A stretch of 64,000 bases of DNA from an uncultured delta proteobacterium (GTDB lineage Bacteria > Desulfobacterota > Desulfomonilia > UBA1062), in NCBI GenBank assembly GCA_963798485.1, contig CAWCTR010000007.1, positions 64,001 through 128,000 on the forward strand, in the 5' to 3' direction. This document shows positions 32,739 to 43,202 of the stretch, piece after piece. Within the stretch, counting starts at the first letter, position 1, and the number at the start of each line of letters is the position of its first letter. The notes under the pieces were generated by a model. The model was not told where the DNA came from, searched no databases, and worked only from the letters and a program-made list of their open reading frames with translations. A program made the position numbers and the translations under genes.

Positions 32739-34349
32739 ATGTCAAAAACACACTTAAACCAGGCAATCGCATCCCACTTCGTCGAGATGAAGGCCGATGA
32801 ATCACCGGAAAAGGTGATCTACATCTTTGAACGCGGCGAGAATGGTGAAGAGATCATCACCTACAAAGACCTCTACGAGAAGTCCAACAAGTTTGCCCGG
32901 CTCCTTCTGGATAACGGCATCGGGGCGGGTGACTCTTATGGCGTGTTCATGCGCAACGACCCGGAATTCGTCTACGCCCTGCTCGGCGGGAACACCATCG
33001 GCGCCGTCATGATCCCCATCGACCCGAGGTCGAGAGGCGACAGGCTCAAGTTCTTCTTCAAAAACTCCGGCGCCAAGGGGGCCGTTGTATCGGATGAGTG
33101 CCTTGAACAGTTCGAGGAGGTTGCAGGCGACCTGACCGATCTCAAGCTCACAACCGTCACCTACCGCAAGGAGCACGGTGTCCCGGTCTCCGGCAAGTAC
33201 CATGCCCTGAACGAGACACTGGATAACGCATCGTGGAAGACGGTGGACCAGAAGATCTTCGATACCAATCATCCCATGCAGATCATCTACACCTCAGGCA
33301 CAACGGGTGACCCCAAGGGAGTGAAGATCCGCAATAACCGCACAGGCATGTTTACCATCGTTACCAAGATCGTATGGAAGTATAAACCATCAGATATACT
33401 CTACAACGGTCTTTCACTCACCCATGGCAATGCCCAGGCTGTTACATTGTTCCCTGCCATGTACATGGGCATAAAGGCGGTCTTCAGCTCGCGGTTCACC
33501 AAGAGCAGGATCTGGGACATCTGCCGGAAATACGGCTGCACGACGTTCTCACTGCTGGGCGGCATGATGGGCGCCATCTACAACGAACCGGAAAAACGTA
33601 GTGACGCCGACAACCCTGTGCAGGTAGTCATCAGCGCGGGCACGCCCACACCCATCTGGGAGGCATTCGAAAAGAGGTTCAATGTCAAGATACTCGAATG
33701 GTACGGCTCGGTGGAAGGCGGTTTCGCGTACAAGCCCATAGGCTCCGGTCCCATCGGTTCCTTCGGCAAACCGGTGCCGGGCGTCATGGAGTTCAAGGTG
33801 GTGGATGACAACGACAATGAGCTTCCCATAGGCGAGCGAGGCGAGCTCATCTGCAGGATGATCCGCGGCGACACCAAGGTGGATTACCTCGGGCTTCCCG
33901 ATGCCTCGAAAGACAAGACCAAGGGAGGGTGGCTCAGGACCGGCGACATCGTGCACCGGGACAAGGATGGATGGTACTACTTTGACTTCCGCAAGGGCAC
34001 CGAGCTGAGACGTTCCGGCGACTTCATCCAGCCCGAGCATGTGGAGAAGGTCATCGGCGAGCATGAAGATGTCAGCGAGGTGTGCGTGTATGGCATACCG
34101 GCCGCATCAGGGGCACCCGGTGAGAGCGACCTGGTGGCGGCCATTGCACCCTTTACGGGTAAGACCATCGACCCGAAGGCCATATATGAGAAGTGCAAGA
34201 AGGACCTCGAACCCAACTTCATACCAAGCTTCCTGCAGATCGTATCCGACATCCCCAAGACCATCTCGGAGAAGGCCCTGGACAGGAAGCTACGGGACGA
34301 ACTCCTCGCAGGAGGAGGCATTGTTTTCAAGTACGAGGATTATAAATAA
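32739..34349 (+). CDS. ATP-dependent acyl-CoA ligase (CaiC-like)
   Basis: YTSGTTGDPKG, WYGSVEG, GWLRTGD; AGGAGG before MSKTH. Confidence 0.92.
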   Translation: MSKTHLNQAIASHFVEMKADESPEKVIYIFERGENGEEIITYKDLYEKSNKFARLLLDNGIGAGDSYGVFMRNDPEFVYALLGGNTIGAVMIPIDPRSRGDRLKFFFKNSGAKGAVVSDECLEQFEEVAGDLTDLKLTTVTYRKEHGVPVSGKYHALNETLDNASWKTVDQKIFDTNHPMQIIYTSGTTGDPKGVKIRNNRTGMFTIVTKIVWKYKPSDILYNGLSLTHGNAQAVTLFPAMYMGIKAVFSSRFTKSRIWDICRKYGCTTFSLLGGMMGAIYNEPEKRSDADNPVQVVISAGTPTPIWEAFEKRFNVKILEWYGSVEGGFAYKPIGSGPIGSFGKPVPGVMEFKVVDDNDNELPIGERGELICRMIRGDTKVDYLGLPDASKDKTKGGWLRTGDIVHRDKDGWYYFDFRKGTELRRSGDFIQPEHVEKVIGEHEDVSEVCVYGIPAASGAPGESDLVAAIAPFTGKTIDPKAIYEKCKKDLEPNFIPSFLQIVSDIPKTISEKALDRKLRDELLAGGGIVFKYEDYK

Positions 34350-34363
34350 ATAAGGAGGTTTCC

Positions 34364-35596
34364 ATGCCCTATACCGAGTTGAATCTTGAAATGTCAGACG
34401 AGCACATCGCCCTGAAAGAAAATGCACACAAGTTCGCTGTGGAAGTCTTAAGGCCTGCGGCAATCGAGCTCGACACCATGACACCCGAGCAGGTCATTGC
34501 CAAGGGCTCCATCTACTGGGACTGTATGAAAAAGATGTATGAGAACGGCTATCACACCGTGCTCATCCCGGATGAGTACGGTGGATTGGGGGTCGATCCG
34601 CTGGGCATCCACATCGTGTTCGAGGAGATAGCCTACGGCAGCGCGGGATTCGCCGTGTCCATCGGTGTTGCCTGCTTTTCTGCCTTCTATGCATCTCTCA
34701 TTGCAGAGGACCACATCATCGATAAATTCATCCTGCCGTACGTGAACTGCAAAGATGCGAGCATCATGTCGTGCTGGGCCATCACCGAGCCGGACCACGG
34801 CTCGGACATCCTCATGCCCTTCACGGACAACTTCCACAACCCCAAGATCACCCAGCAGGTCAAGGCCACCAAAAAGGGGAACAAGTACCTTCTCAACGGC
34901 CAGAAGGCGGCCTGGGTGTCTAACGGGACAATAGCGACACAGGCGGCCCTGTTCGTCAACATCGACCCCTCCCAGGGCATGTCGGGCGGAGGCATCTGCC
35001 TTGTCGACCTCACTCAGCCGGGTGTCTCCCGGGGCAAGCCGCTCAACAAGATGGGCCAGCGGGAGCTGCCCCAGGGTGAGATCTTTTTCGACAATGCCGA
35101 AGTCCCCCTTGAAGACATGATCATCGACAATGAGAGCTATGAGATGTTCACGGACATCACGCTTGCCACGGCGAATGCCGGCATGGGCGCTTTTTTCACA
35201 GGGGTTGCCCAGTCGGCCTATGACATGGCCCTGGACTATTCCAAAGAGCGCATCCAGGGAGGCAAGAGGCTCTGCGACCACCCGACCGTGCAGAAGAAGC
35301 TCTTCGACATGTTCAGTAAGGTGGAGCTGTCCAGGGCATATTCAAGGGCGGCACTGATCTTCAACCTCTCCACGACACCGCCCAAGACCGAGTATTCCAT
35401 CGCCGCAAAGGTGTTTGCAACCCGATCCGCATTCGAGGTGGCCAGCGATGCCATGCAGATCTTCGGCGGAAACGGGCTTTCCAAGGAGTACCCCATCGAA
35501 AAGATCTTCAGGGACGCGAGGGCCGGCATGATCGAGGACGGTTCCAACGACATCCTTGCCCTGGCCGCAGCAGGCCTGATCCTGCGCGAAGAATAA
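34364..35596 (+). CDS. Acyl-CoA dehydrogenase
   Basis: WAITEPDHGSD, LNGQKAWVSNG, QIFGGNG...EYPIEK.FRDAR...IEDGSN. Confidence 0.95.
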   Translation: MPYTELNLEMSDEHIALKENAHKFAVEVLRPAAIELDTMTPEQVIAKGSIYWDCMKKMYENGYHTVLIPDEYGGLGVDPLGIHIVFEEIAYGSAGFAVSIGVACFSAFYASLIAEDHIIDKFILPYVNCKDASIMSCWAITEPDHGSDILMPFTDNFHNPKITQQVKATKKGNKYLLNGQKAAWVSNGTIATQAALFVNIDPSQGMSGGGICLVDLTQPGVSRGKPLNKMGQRELPQGEIFFDNAEVPLEDMIIDNESYEMFTDITLATANAGMGAFFTGVAQSAYDMALDYSKERIQGGKRLCDHPTVQKKLFDMFSKVELSRAYSRAALIFNLSTTPPKTEYSIAAKVFATRSAFEVASDAMQIFGGNGLSKEYPIEKIFRDARAGMIEDGSNDILALAAAGLILREE

Positions 35597-35614
35597 CATC
35601 ATGGGAGACAAGAA

Positions 35615-35656
35615 TCCCCTCTCTCCCAGGGTGGGGGAGAGGGTCAGGGTGAGGGG
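35615..35656 (+). repeat. REP-like palindrome of the CCCTCTCC...GGAGAGGG..GGGTGAGGGG type
   Basis: Intergenic hairpin; related copy on the opposite strand at 63151-63188. Confidence 0.65.
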
Positions 35657-35701
35657 TCCAATTTAAGGATCACAGCCATCTTGAATAAGGGAGAACATCA
35701 T

Positions 35702-36940
35702 ATGAGCGATGTATTCATAATCGGCACCGGAATGATCAGGTTCAACAAATACCCGGATGCCACTGTGCGCACCATGGCCCACGATGCCGTCAACCTGGTG
35801 CTCAAGGATGCCGGGCTCGAAAAGGGAGACATCCAGGCCGCCTATGTTTCCAACACCTTCTGGGGCATGTTCGGGGGCCAGCACTCCATCCGCGGCGAGG
35901 TCATGCTCTGGGACATGGGCATTGACCGCATACCCATCGTGAACTGCGAGAACGCCTGCGCCGGGGCATCAACAGCCTTATACCTAGGCTATACGGCAAT
36001 AAAGGCGGGCATGTTCGACGTGGTGCTCGCACTCGGCTCCGAGAAGATCACCAACGAGAACAAGGCCCTGTCGCTTAGCGCATACGCCACCTGCATGGAC
36101 GTGGAGAACTTTGCGGCGCACCTCAAGATGTTCGAAGAGCTGAGCAAGCGGTTCACGGTGAAGATGCCGGACGGACAGTCGCCCCCCGGCGAAGGCAGGA
36201 GCGTGTTCATGGATGCCTATGCCATGGGCGCCCGCTGGCACATGTCTACATTCGGCTCCACCCAGAGGCAGCTCGCAGTGATCTGCTCCAAGAACCACCT
36301 GCACGGGTCATTGAACCCGTTGGCCCAGTACCAGGGCACTATGAGCGTGGAAGAGGTCATGGCAGACAAACCGGTAGCATACCCCCTGACACGGGCCATG
36401 TGCGCACCCGTGGGTGACGGGGCAGCTGCCGCAATCCTTTGCTCGGAGAAATACCTCAAGAGGCTCAAGAACAAAAGACCCGTGCGTATTAAGGCCTCGG
36501 TCCTGGGCTCGGGCATGCACAGAGACATCGAGGGAACCGACATCGGCGAACGGCTTTCCAGGCAGGCATATGAGATGGCCGGTCTTGGCCCCAAGGACAT
36601 CCACTTAGCCGAGCTCCACGATGCCACCTCATACGGCGAGCTCCACCAGACCGAGGCCATGGGTTTCTGCAAGCTCGGCGAAGGCGGTATCTTTGCCGAG
36701 TCCGGCGCTACGACGCTGGGCGGCAGGCTGCCCATAAACACGAGCGGGGGACTGGAGTGCAGGGGCCACCCCATCGGCGCATCGGGTCTTGCCCAGATCC
36801 ATGAAGTCGTCACGCAGTTAAGGGGCGAGGCGGGCAAGCGACAGGCGGAAGGGGCCAAGATCGGGCTCACCGAGAACGGCGGCGGTAATCTCGGCGTGGA
36901 AGAAGCCTCCATGACCATACATATATTCGAGAAGGTTTGA
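35702..36940 (+). CDS. Thiolase, SCP-x / lipid-transfer type
   Basis: ENACAGAS (catalytic Cys), AELHDA, NTSGGL..RGHPIGASG. Confidence 0.93.
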   Translation: MSDVFIIGTGMIRFNKYPDATVRTMAHDAVNLVLKDAGLEKGDIQAAYVSNTFWGMFGGQHSIRGEVMLWDMGIDRIPIVNCENACAGASTALYLGYTAIKAGMFDVVLALGSEKITNENKALSLSAYATCMDVENFAAHLKMFEELSKRFTVKMPDGQSPPGEGRSVFMDAYAMGARWHMSTFGSTQRQLAVICSKNHLHGSLNPLAQYQGTMSVEEVMADKPVAYPLTRAMCAPVGDGAAAAILCSEKYLKRLKNKRPVRIKASVLGSGMHRDIEGTDIGERLSRQAYEMAGLGPKDIHLAELHDATSYGELHQTEAMGFCKLGEGGIFAESGATTLGGRLPINTSGGLECRGHPIGASGLAQIHEVVTQLRGEAGKRQAEGAKIGLTENGGGNLGVEEASMTIHIFEKV

Positions 36941-36954
36941 TATCATCATCCTTA

Positions 36955-36990
36955 AGGGGCCCTGTCAGCATGGGGAGGGCCCCCTTTCTT
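36955..36990 (+). terminator. Intrinsic terminator between the thiolase and epimerase genes
   Basis: AGGGGCCCT...AGGGCCCC followed by CTTTCTT. Confidence 0.65.
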
Positions 36991-37007
36991 GAAAGGAGGA
37001 TCATCCG

Positions 37008-37994
37008 GTGAAACGTGTCTTCATCACCGGGGTTTCGGGCTATTTCGGCTCGAAACTCGTGGAACATTTGGGCTGCAAGGAAGATATCGGCGAGATCATC
37101 GGTATCGACATTGCCCTGCCCAAAAGCCCCTCTGGCAAGCTCACTTTCATCCGGCACGACGTACGCTCGGACATGTATCCCCTGCTCAAGGGCAGGGATC
37201 TCGACTGGGCCATCCATGCCGCCTATATCCTGCCGCCCATCCACGACAAGGGACTCATGGAGGACATAAATATAAACGGCACGAAGAACTTCCTGTCGTC
37301 GTGCCTCAAGGCGGGCATACCCCAGCTCCTCCATTGCTCTTCCACCACGGCCTACGGGTTCTATCCGGACAATGACATACCGCTCACGGAAGAGAGCCCT
37401 TTGCGGGGGAATGCGGATTTCACCTATGCCAAGAACAAGCGGGAGCTTGAAGCGGTCTGCTTGCGGTTCCGGCAGGATCACCCTGAAGTAAGCCTCATTG
37501 TGATCAGGCCGTCTTTTGTTGCAGGGCCCGGGTTTGACAATCCTCTTGCCCGGCACCTGCAGAAAAAGATCGTGCTGATGCCAAGCAAAACCGCACCATT
37601 CCAGTATATTCATGAGAACGACCTGGTAGAAATCATGTATCTGCTGATGAAAAAAAAGAAGTCCGGGGCATACAACCTTGCTGCAGACGGCACCATGAGC
37701 TTTGAAGAGATGATTCGAATCATGGGCAACCGGATGCTCAAGCTGCCATACCCCCTCATATACATAATGAACAACCTCATGTGGATGTTGCATGTAAAAT
37801 TCATAACAGAATTCCCGAGCCCGGCACTCAACATGACGGTTTATCCATGGATAGCAAGCAACGGCAAGCTCAAGCGCGAGATCGGCTATGCCTTCAAGTA
37901 CACCACGCGAGAGGCCTTTGATGACTTTGCCAGGCATGTGAGGGAGAACAAGGCCTCAATGATCTCGCGCATCTTCTCTGTCTTTGCAAAGTGA
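37008..37994 (+). CDS. Extended SDR, NAD-dependent epimerase/dehydratase family
   Basis: ITGVSGYFG, ININGT, SS..AYG, YAKNK. Confidence 0.9.
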   Translation: MKRVFITGVSGYFGSKLVEHLGCKEDIGEIIGIDIALPKSPSGKLTFIRHDVRSDMYPLLKGRDLDWAIHAAYILPPIHDKGLMEDININGTKNFLSSCLKAGIPQLLHCSSTTAYGFYPDNDIPLTEESPLRGNADFTYAKNKRELEAVCLRFRQDHPEVSLIVIRPSFVAGPGFDNPLARHLQKKIVLMPSKTAPFQYIHENDLVEIMYLLMKKKKSGAYNLAADGTMSFEEMIRIMGNRMLKLPYPLIYIMNNLMWMLHVKFITEFPSPALNMTVYPWIASNGKLKREIGYAFKYTTREAFDDFARHVRENKASMISRIFSVFAK

Positions 37995-38009
37995 ATAAGG
38001 AGGATTGCT

Positions 38010-38828
38010 ATGAGGCTTGATACGACCGGGAAAAAGGTTCTCATCACCGGGGCATCCATGGGTATCGGTCAAGGACTGTCCGTGTGTTTTGCACGTGACA
38101 AGGCGCACCTCTTTCTCACGGACCTGCCCTCGCAGAAGGAAGCGCTTGAAAAGTGGGCATCCAAACTGGAGTCGGACTATGGCATCAGGACCTGGACTTT
38201 CACAATGGACCTCACCGATCCCAAAGGGCCTGAGGCGCTCTATCACGAGGCCACAGCCAGGACAGAGGGAATTGATGTGCTGGTGAACAATGCAGGCATA
38301 TGCTCCTATGGGAAGTTTGACGAAATGGCAGTTGAACGCATAGAAAAAATGGTGCTGCTCAATTGCCTGGGTTACGCCAAGCTCATGCGGCTCTTTCTCC
38401 CCTCCATGATCGAGCGTGACAGCGGTGCCATTTTGAATGTGTCATCGGTTTCCGCCTTTCAGCCCCTGCCGTCGCTTGCCCTCTATGCAGCGACAAAGGC
38501 CTTCACCCAGTCGCTCACTGAAGGTGTTTCCGGGGACCTGCCCTGGAGATCCAAGGTCAAGGCGGCAACACTGAATCCTCCCTTTACCCGGACTGCCTTG
38601 ATAAATGATGCAGGTGTTCCGGAGGACTTCATCCCGTTCACTATATCCTTCAAGACCGTTGATGAAGTTGTGGAGATGGGCTATCATGCTTTCAAGAGCG
38701 GAAAGCTGTTCTATGTGCCCGGCTGGCAGAACAAGGTGCTTCATCTGGGTATTATGAAGCTGCTGCCCCGTAGGGCCGTGAATCTCATCGGCAGGCTTAC
38801 CATGAAGAGGTGGTCGGATTATCTGTAA
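38010..38828 (+). CDS. Short-chain dehydrogenase/reductase
   Basis: TGASMGIG, LVNNAG, NVSS, YAATK. Confidence 0.92.
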   Translation: MRLDTTGKKVLITGASMGIGQGLSVCFARDKAHLFLTDLPSQKEALEKWASKLESDYGIRTWTFTMDLTDPKGPEALYHEATARTEGIDVLVNNAGICSYGKFDEMAVERIEKMVLLNCLGYAKLMRLFLPSMIERDSGAILNVSSVSAFQPLPSLALYAATKAFTQSLTEGVSGDLPWRSKVKAATLNPPFTRTALINDAGVPEDFIPFTISFKTVDEVVEMGYHAFKSGKLFYVPGWQNKVLHLGIMKLLPRRAVNLIGRLTMKRWSDYL

Positions 38829-39028
38829 TATCTGCTGCGGTAATAAGTCAGTTGAGAAAGACTAGGGAAAGCGGTCCGGGTGCAAGCAGGCCGGGCTTAA
38901 TTCAGGCTCATTTTATCCTTTCATTTTCTACAGGATTTCGGTAAATACACTGCTTTCTTATAATAGCCGCATTTCGGCCGGGGCGGCGGCATAAGTTCGG
39001 GCAGAAAGACCCGTGAAAGGACGCACTG

Positions 39029-39913
39029 ATGGAACAGGCCATTCAAAGGGCAAAGGTCCTGGTGGAGGCCCTGCCCTACATCAGGGATTTCAGGGGCAAG
39101 AGGATCGTGGTCAAGTACGGCGGCCACGCCATGGTGGACCCTGAGCTGAAGAAGCTCTTTGCCCAGCAGATCATCCTGTTCCAATATATCGGTATCCAGG
39201 TAGTGGTGGTCCACGGAGGAGGCCCCCAGATCAGCTCGATGCTTTCGCAGATGGGCATCAAGTCCACCTTCATCGAGGGAAAACGCGTGACCGATGCCAA
39301 GACCATGGACGTGGTGGAGATGGTCCTGGCAGGCGGCATCAACAAGGAGATCGTGCACCTCATCAATTCGCAAGGCGGCAAGTCGGTGGGGCTTTCCGGC
39401 AAGGACGGCGGCCTTATCAAGGCCAGGAAACTCTATTCCTCCCGGAAGAAGCCCGACGGCACCGTGGTAAACGATCTGGATATGGGCCATGTGGGCGAGG
39501 TGGAAGAGATCAACACCGAGATCATCGATGCCGTGGAAAAGGCCGGGTTCGTGGCCGTCATCGCCCCTTCAGGAGTGGGCGACGACGGGCTCACCTACAA
39601 CATCAACGCCGACACCGTGGCGGCAGGAATTGCAAGCCAACTGGGCGTGGAAAAGCTTATCATCTTAACCGACGAGGCGGGCGTGCTCGACAAAAAGGGC
39701 AAGCTTGTCTCCAACCTTAAATATGCAGAGATCCCGGGGCTCATGAAAAAGGGCGTGGTCACCGGAGGCATGATCCCCAAACTGGAGTGCTGCATGAAGG
39801 CCCTGGATAACGGGGTTATGAAGGCCCATATCGTGGACGGCCGTGTCCCCTATTCCATCCTGCTGGAGCTCTTTACCGACTCCGGCATAGGCACCCAGAT
39901 CGTTAAGGAGTAA
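39029..39913 (+). CDS. argB: Acetylglutamate kinase
   Basis: VVKYGGHAM, VHGGGPQI, YNINAD, GGMIPK. Confidence 0.97.
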   Translation: MEQAIQRAKVLVEALPYIRDFRGKRIVVKYGGHAMVDPELKKLFAQQIILFQYIGIQVVVVHGGGPQISSMLSQMGIKSTFIEGKRVTDAKTMDVVEMVLAGGINKEIVHLINSQGGKSVGLSGKDGGLIKARKLYSSRKKPDGTVVNDLDMGHVGEVEEINTEIIDAVEKAGFVAVIAPSGVGDDGLTYNINADTVAAGIASQLGVEKLIILTDEAGVLDKKGKLVSNLKYAEIPGLMKKGVVTGGMIPKLECCMKALDNGVMKAHIVDGRVPYSILLELFTDSGIGTQIVKE

Positions 39914-39919
39914 TATAAA

Positions 39920-41085
39920 GTGAATCATGTGATGAAAACGTATGCAAGGCACCCCGTGAAGATCGTCAAGGGCAAGGGCTGCCGGCTCTTTGACGATGCA
40001 GGCAGGGGGTATCTGGACATGGTCGCAGGCATTGCCGTGTGCAATTTGGGCCATGCGAACCCCGAGGTGGCTGCCGCACTGAAGGAACAGGCAGACAGGC
40101 TCTTCCACTGCTCCAATCTCTATGAGATCCCCCAGCAGGAAATTGTGGCAGCTATGCTTTCCGAGCTCGCGTTTCCTGCAGAGGTCTTCTTCTGCAACTC
40201 AGGGGCCGAGGCCAACGAGGGGGCCATCAAGATCGTGCGCAGATATTGCAACACGAAGGCCGAGAGGGGCCCCCGCATCATTACCGCGAACGAATCCTTT
40301 CATGGAAGGACGTTAGCGACTTTAGCCGCCACCGGCCAAACCAAGTACCGCGCCGGATTCGACCCCATACCCGAGGGCTTTACAACCGTACCCTTCGGGG
40401 ACTTCGATGCACTCAAGGCCGCCATTACCCCGGAGGTGGGAGGGATCATGCTGGAGCCCATCCAGGGCGAGGGCGGAATAAATATCCCTGTGCCGGGATA
40501 TTTTGCACAGGTGAGGGAGCTCTGCGACAAAGAGGGAATCCTGCTCGTGCTGGACGAGGTGCAGACAGGCATGGCCAGGACAGGCAGGCTTTTTGCCCAT
40601 CAGCATGAGGGCATCGCGCCGGACATCATGACCTTGGCCAAGGCCCTGGGCAACGGTTTCCCTGTGGGCGCCGTGGTCGCCAGGCCGGATATCGCCCAGG
40701 TGCTCGTTCCCGGCACGCATGCATCCACCTTTGGCGGCAATCCCCTGGCCATGGCCGCATCTCTGGCCACGCTTTCAAGGTCATGCTCAGGGACAATACA
40801 GCCGCACAGGCCTCCCAGAAGGGTACATACCTGATGGAGAAACTTCAGGGGCTCAAGAAGGACCACCCGTCACTCAAAAATATCCGCGGCAGGGGCCTCA
40901 TGGTGGGCGCCGAGTTCGATGCCGACATTTCCTTCCTGCCCGTAGACGGGCTCGAGCACGGCATCATGCTGAATGTCATCCAGGGCCGAATTTTGAGGCT
41001 TGTGCCCCCCCTTGTCATCAGCACGGCTGAAATCGATGAGGCCCTTGAGATCATCGAGGGTATCCTGAAGGAGAAAGGACTATAA
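39920..41085 (+). CDS. argD: Acetylornithine aminotransferase, one frameshift near 40,780
   Basis: NSGAEANE, FHGRT, EPIQGEGG, DEVQTG, AKALGNG, STFGGNPL; C-terminus in ORF 40783-41085. Confidence 0.92.
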
Positions 41086-41987
41086 TGGAGCACAGGGATT
41101 TCTTATCCATCCGCGACCTCACGGCCGACGAGATCGGTGATATCTTTGAGAACGCAGCCCGGTTCGCTCAGGCAAGCCCTTCAAGGTCGCTTGAGGGCAA
41201 ATCGGTGGTGCTGCTCTTCGAGAAGGCATCAACCCGGACCAGGGTGTCGTTTGAGGTGGGCATTGCCCGGTTGGGCGCCCATCCGGTAGTGCTCGGGGTT
41301 GAAGGCTCCCAGATATCCCGCGGCGAGCCTTTGAAGGATACGGCCCGGGTCCTTGCCGGATACTGCAACGCCATTGTCATGAGGACCTTCGGCCATGACC
41401 GCATCGAGGAGATGGCGTCTTACGCAGAGGTGCCTGTGATAAACGCGCTCACCGACCTGCTGCATCCCTGCCAGGTGCTCGCCGACTGCTTCACCCTGAC
41501 GCAGAGGTTCGGGGACCTGTCAGATAAAAAGATCGCCTGGATCGGCGATGGCAACAATATGGCCAACTCCTGGATCAATGCCTCTACCGTACTGGGTTTT
41601 GAACTGAGACTTGCATGCCCTGAGGGCTTCGAGCCTGACAGGAATATCCTGGATGCCGCATTGGCAGACAACGCGAAGGTGCTGGTCGTGCGCGACTTGA
41701 ATGAGGCGGTCAAAGGGGCTATTGCCGTGAATACGGATGTATGGGCCAGCATGGGCCAGGAGGCCGAGGCCGCCAGGCGCAAAAAGGCCTTCGAGACGTA
41801 TATGGTGGATGAGGCCCTCATGGACGCAGCCGGTCCTGATGCGGTATTCATGCACTGTCTTCCTGCCCACAGGGGCGAGGAGGTTGCCGAAGAGGTCCTG
41901 GAGGGGTGGCGCTCCATCGTATGGGAGCAGGCGCAGAACAGACAATACATCCAGGAGGCCATCCTGGAGTTTCTACTACGAGCGTAA
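41085..41987 (+). CDS. argF: Ornithine carbamoyltransferase
   Basis: STRTR, HPCQ, SMGQE, HCLPAHRGEE. Confidence 0.97.
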   Translation: MEHRDFLSIRDLTADEIGDIFENAARFAQASPSRSLEGKSVVLLFEKASTRTRVSFEVGIARLGAHPVVLGVEGSQISRGEPLKDTARVLAGYCNAIVMRTFGHDRIEEMASYAEVPVINALTDLLHPCQVLADCFTLTQRFGDLSDKKIAWIGDGNNMANSWINASTVLGFELRLACPEGFEPDRNILDAALADNAKVLVVRDLNEAVKGAIAVNTDVWASMGQEAEAARRKKAFETYMVDEALMDAAGPDAVFMHCLPAHRGEEVAEEVLEGWRSIVWEQAQNRQYIQEAILEFLLRA

Positions 41988-41999
41988 AAGGAGTTCGCC

Positions 42000-43202
42000 A
42001 TGAGCGCACAGAAGGTGGTATTGGCATATTCGGGAGGTCTTGACACATCGGTTATCCTCAAGTGGCTCATCGACGAGTTCGGCTATGAGGTGATCTGTTT
42101 TGCAGCAGACGTGGGCCAGGCAGAAGAGCTTGATGGTCTGGAAGAAAAGGCCATGAAGACCGGCGCCAAAAAGATCTATATCGAGGACCTCAAAGAGGAA
42201 TTCGTGCGGGACTACGTGTTCCCTGCCTACAGGGCCGATGTTGCCTACGAGGGGCTCTACCTCCTGGGCACCTCGCTTGCCAGGCCGCTCATTGCCAAAC
42301 GCATGGTGGAGATCGCCAGGAAGGAGAAGGCCCAGGCTGTGGCCCACGGCGCTACGGGCAAGGGAAACGACCAGGTACGTTTTGAACTCGGGGCCTGGGC
42401 ACTCTACCCCGGCATCAAGATCATTGCACCCTGGAAGATGGATGAGTGGAAGCTGACGTCCAGGGAGAAGATGATCGACTATGCCAAGAAACACGGCATC
42501 CCTGTCCCAGTGACCAAGAAAAAACCCTACAGTATGGACCGCAACCTGCTGCACATCAGCTTCGAGGGCGGGATCTTGGAAGACATATGGAACGCGCCGG
42601 ACGAAGATATGTTCGTGCTCTCCTGCTCCCCGGAGAAGGCGCCCAACAAGCCTGCCGTTATCGAGATATCCTTCGTGAACGGCGACCCGGTCGCTATCGA
42701 CGGCAAGAAGATGAGCCCTGCCGAACTGCTCGCCAGGCTCAATGACTTAGGCGGCGCCAACGGCATCGGCCGCGTTGATATCGTGGAGAACCGTTATGTG
42801 GGCATGAAGTCACGCGGTGTGTACGAGACCCCGGGCGGCACCATTTTGAAGGCCGCGCACCGCGGCATGGAGCAGATCACCATGGACAGGGAGGTCATGC
42901 ACCTGCGCGATGAGCTCATGCCGCGATATGCCGCGCTTATCTATAACGGGTACTGGTTCTCGCCCGAGCGCGAGGTGCTCCAGACACTTATCGACGAGAC
43001 ACAGAAAGGGGTCACCGGGGACGTTCGGCTCAAGCTCTATAAGGGCAACTGCACCGTTACCGGCAGGAGGTCGAAGAGATCGCTCTACAACCCCGAGATA
43101 GCGACCTTCGGTGAAGACGAGGTATACGACCAGAAGGATGCCGCGGGTTTCATCAAGCTCAACGCCCTGCGGCTCAAGGTGAGGGCTCAGGTTAAAAAAT
43201 GA
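42000..43202 (+). CDS. argG: Argininosuccinate synthase
   Basis: [32 protein letters not shown]. Confidence 0.98.
   Translation: MSAQKVVLAYSGGLDTSVILKWLIDEFGYEVICFAADVGQAEELDGLEEKAMKTGAKKIYIEDLKEEFVRDYVFPAYRADVAYEGLYLLGTSLARPLIAKRMVEIARKEKAQAVAHGATGKGNDQVRFELGAWALYPGIKIIAPWKMDEWKLTSREKMIDYAKKHGIPVPVTKKKPYSMDRNLLHISFEGGILEDIWNAPDEDMFVLSCSPEKAPNKPAVIEISFVNGDPVAIDGKKMSPAELLARLNDLGGANGIGRVDIVENRYVGMKSRGVYETPGGTILKAAHRGMEQITMDREVMHLRDELMPRYAALIYNGYWFSPEREVLQTLIDETQKGVTGDVRLKLYKGNCTVTGRRSKRSLYNPEIATFGEDEVYDQKDAAGFIKLNALRLKVRAQVKK

Noticed and set aside
40770-40800. argD as a pseudogene
   Set aside because: Single indel in an otherwise intact gene within a complete operon; likely sequence error
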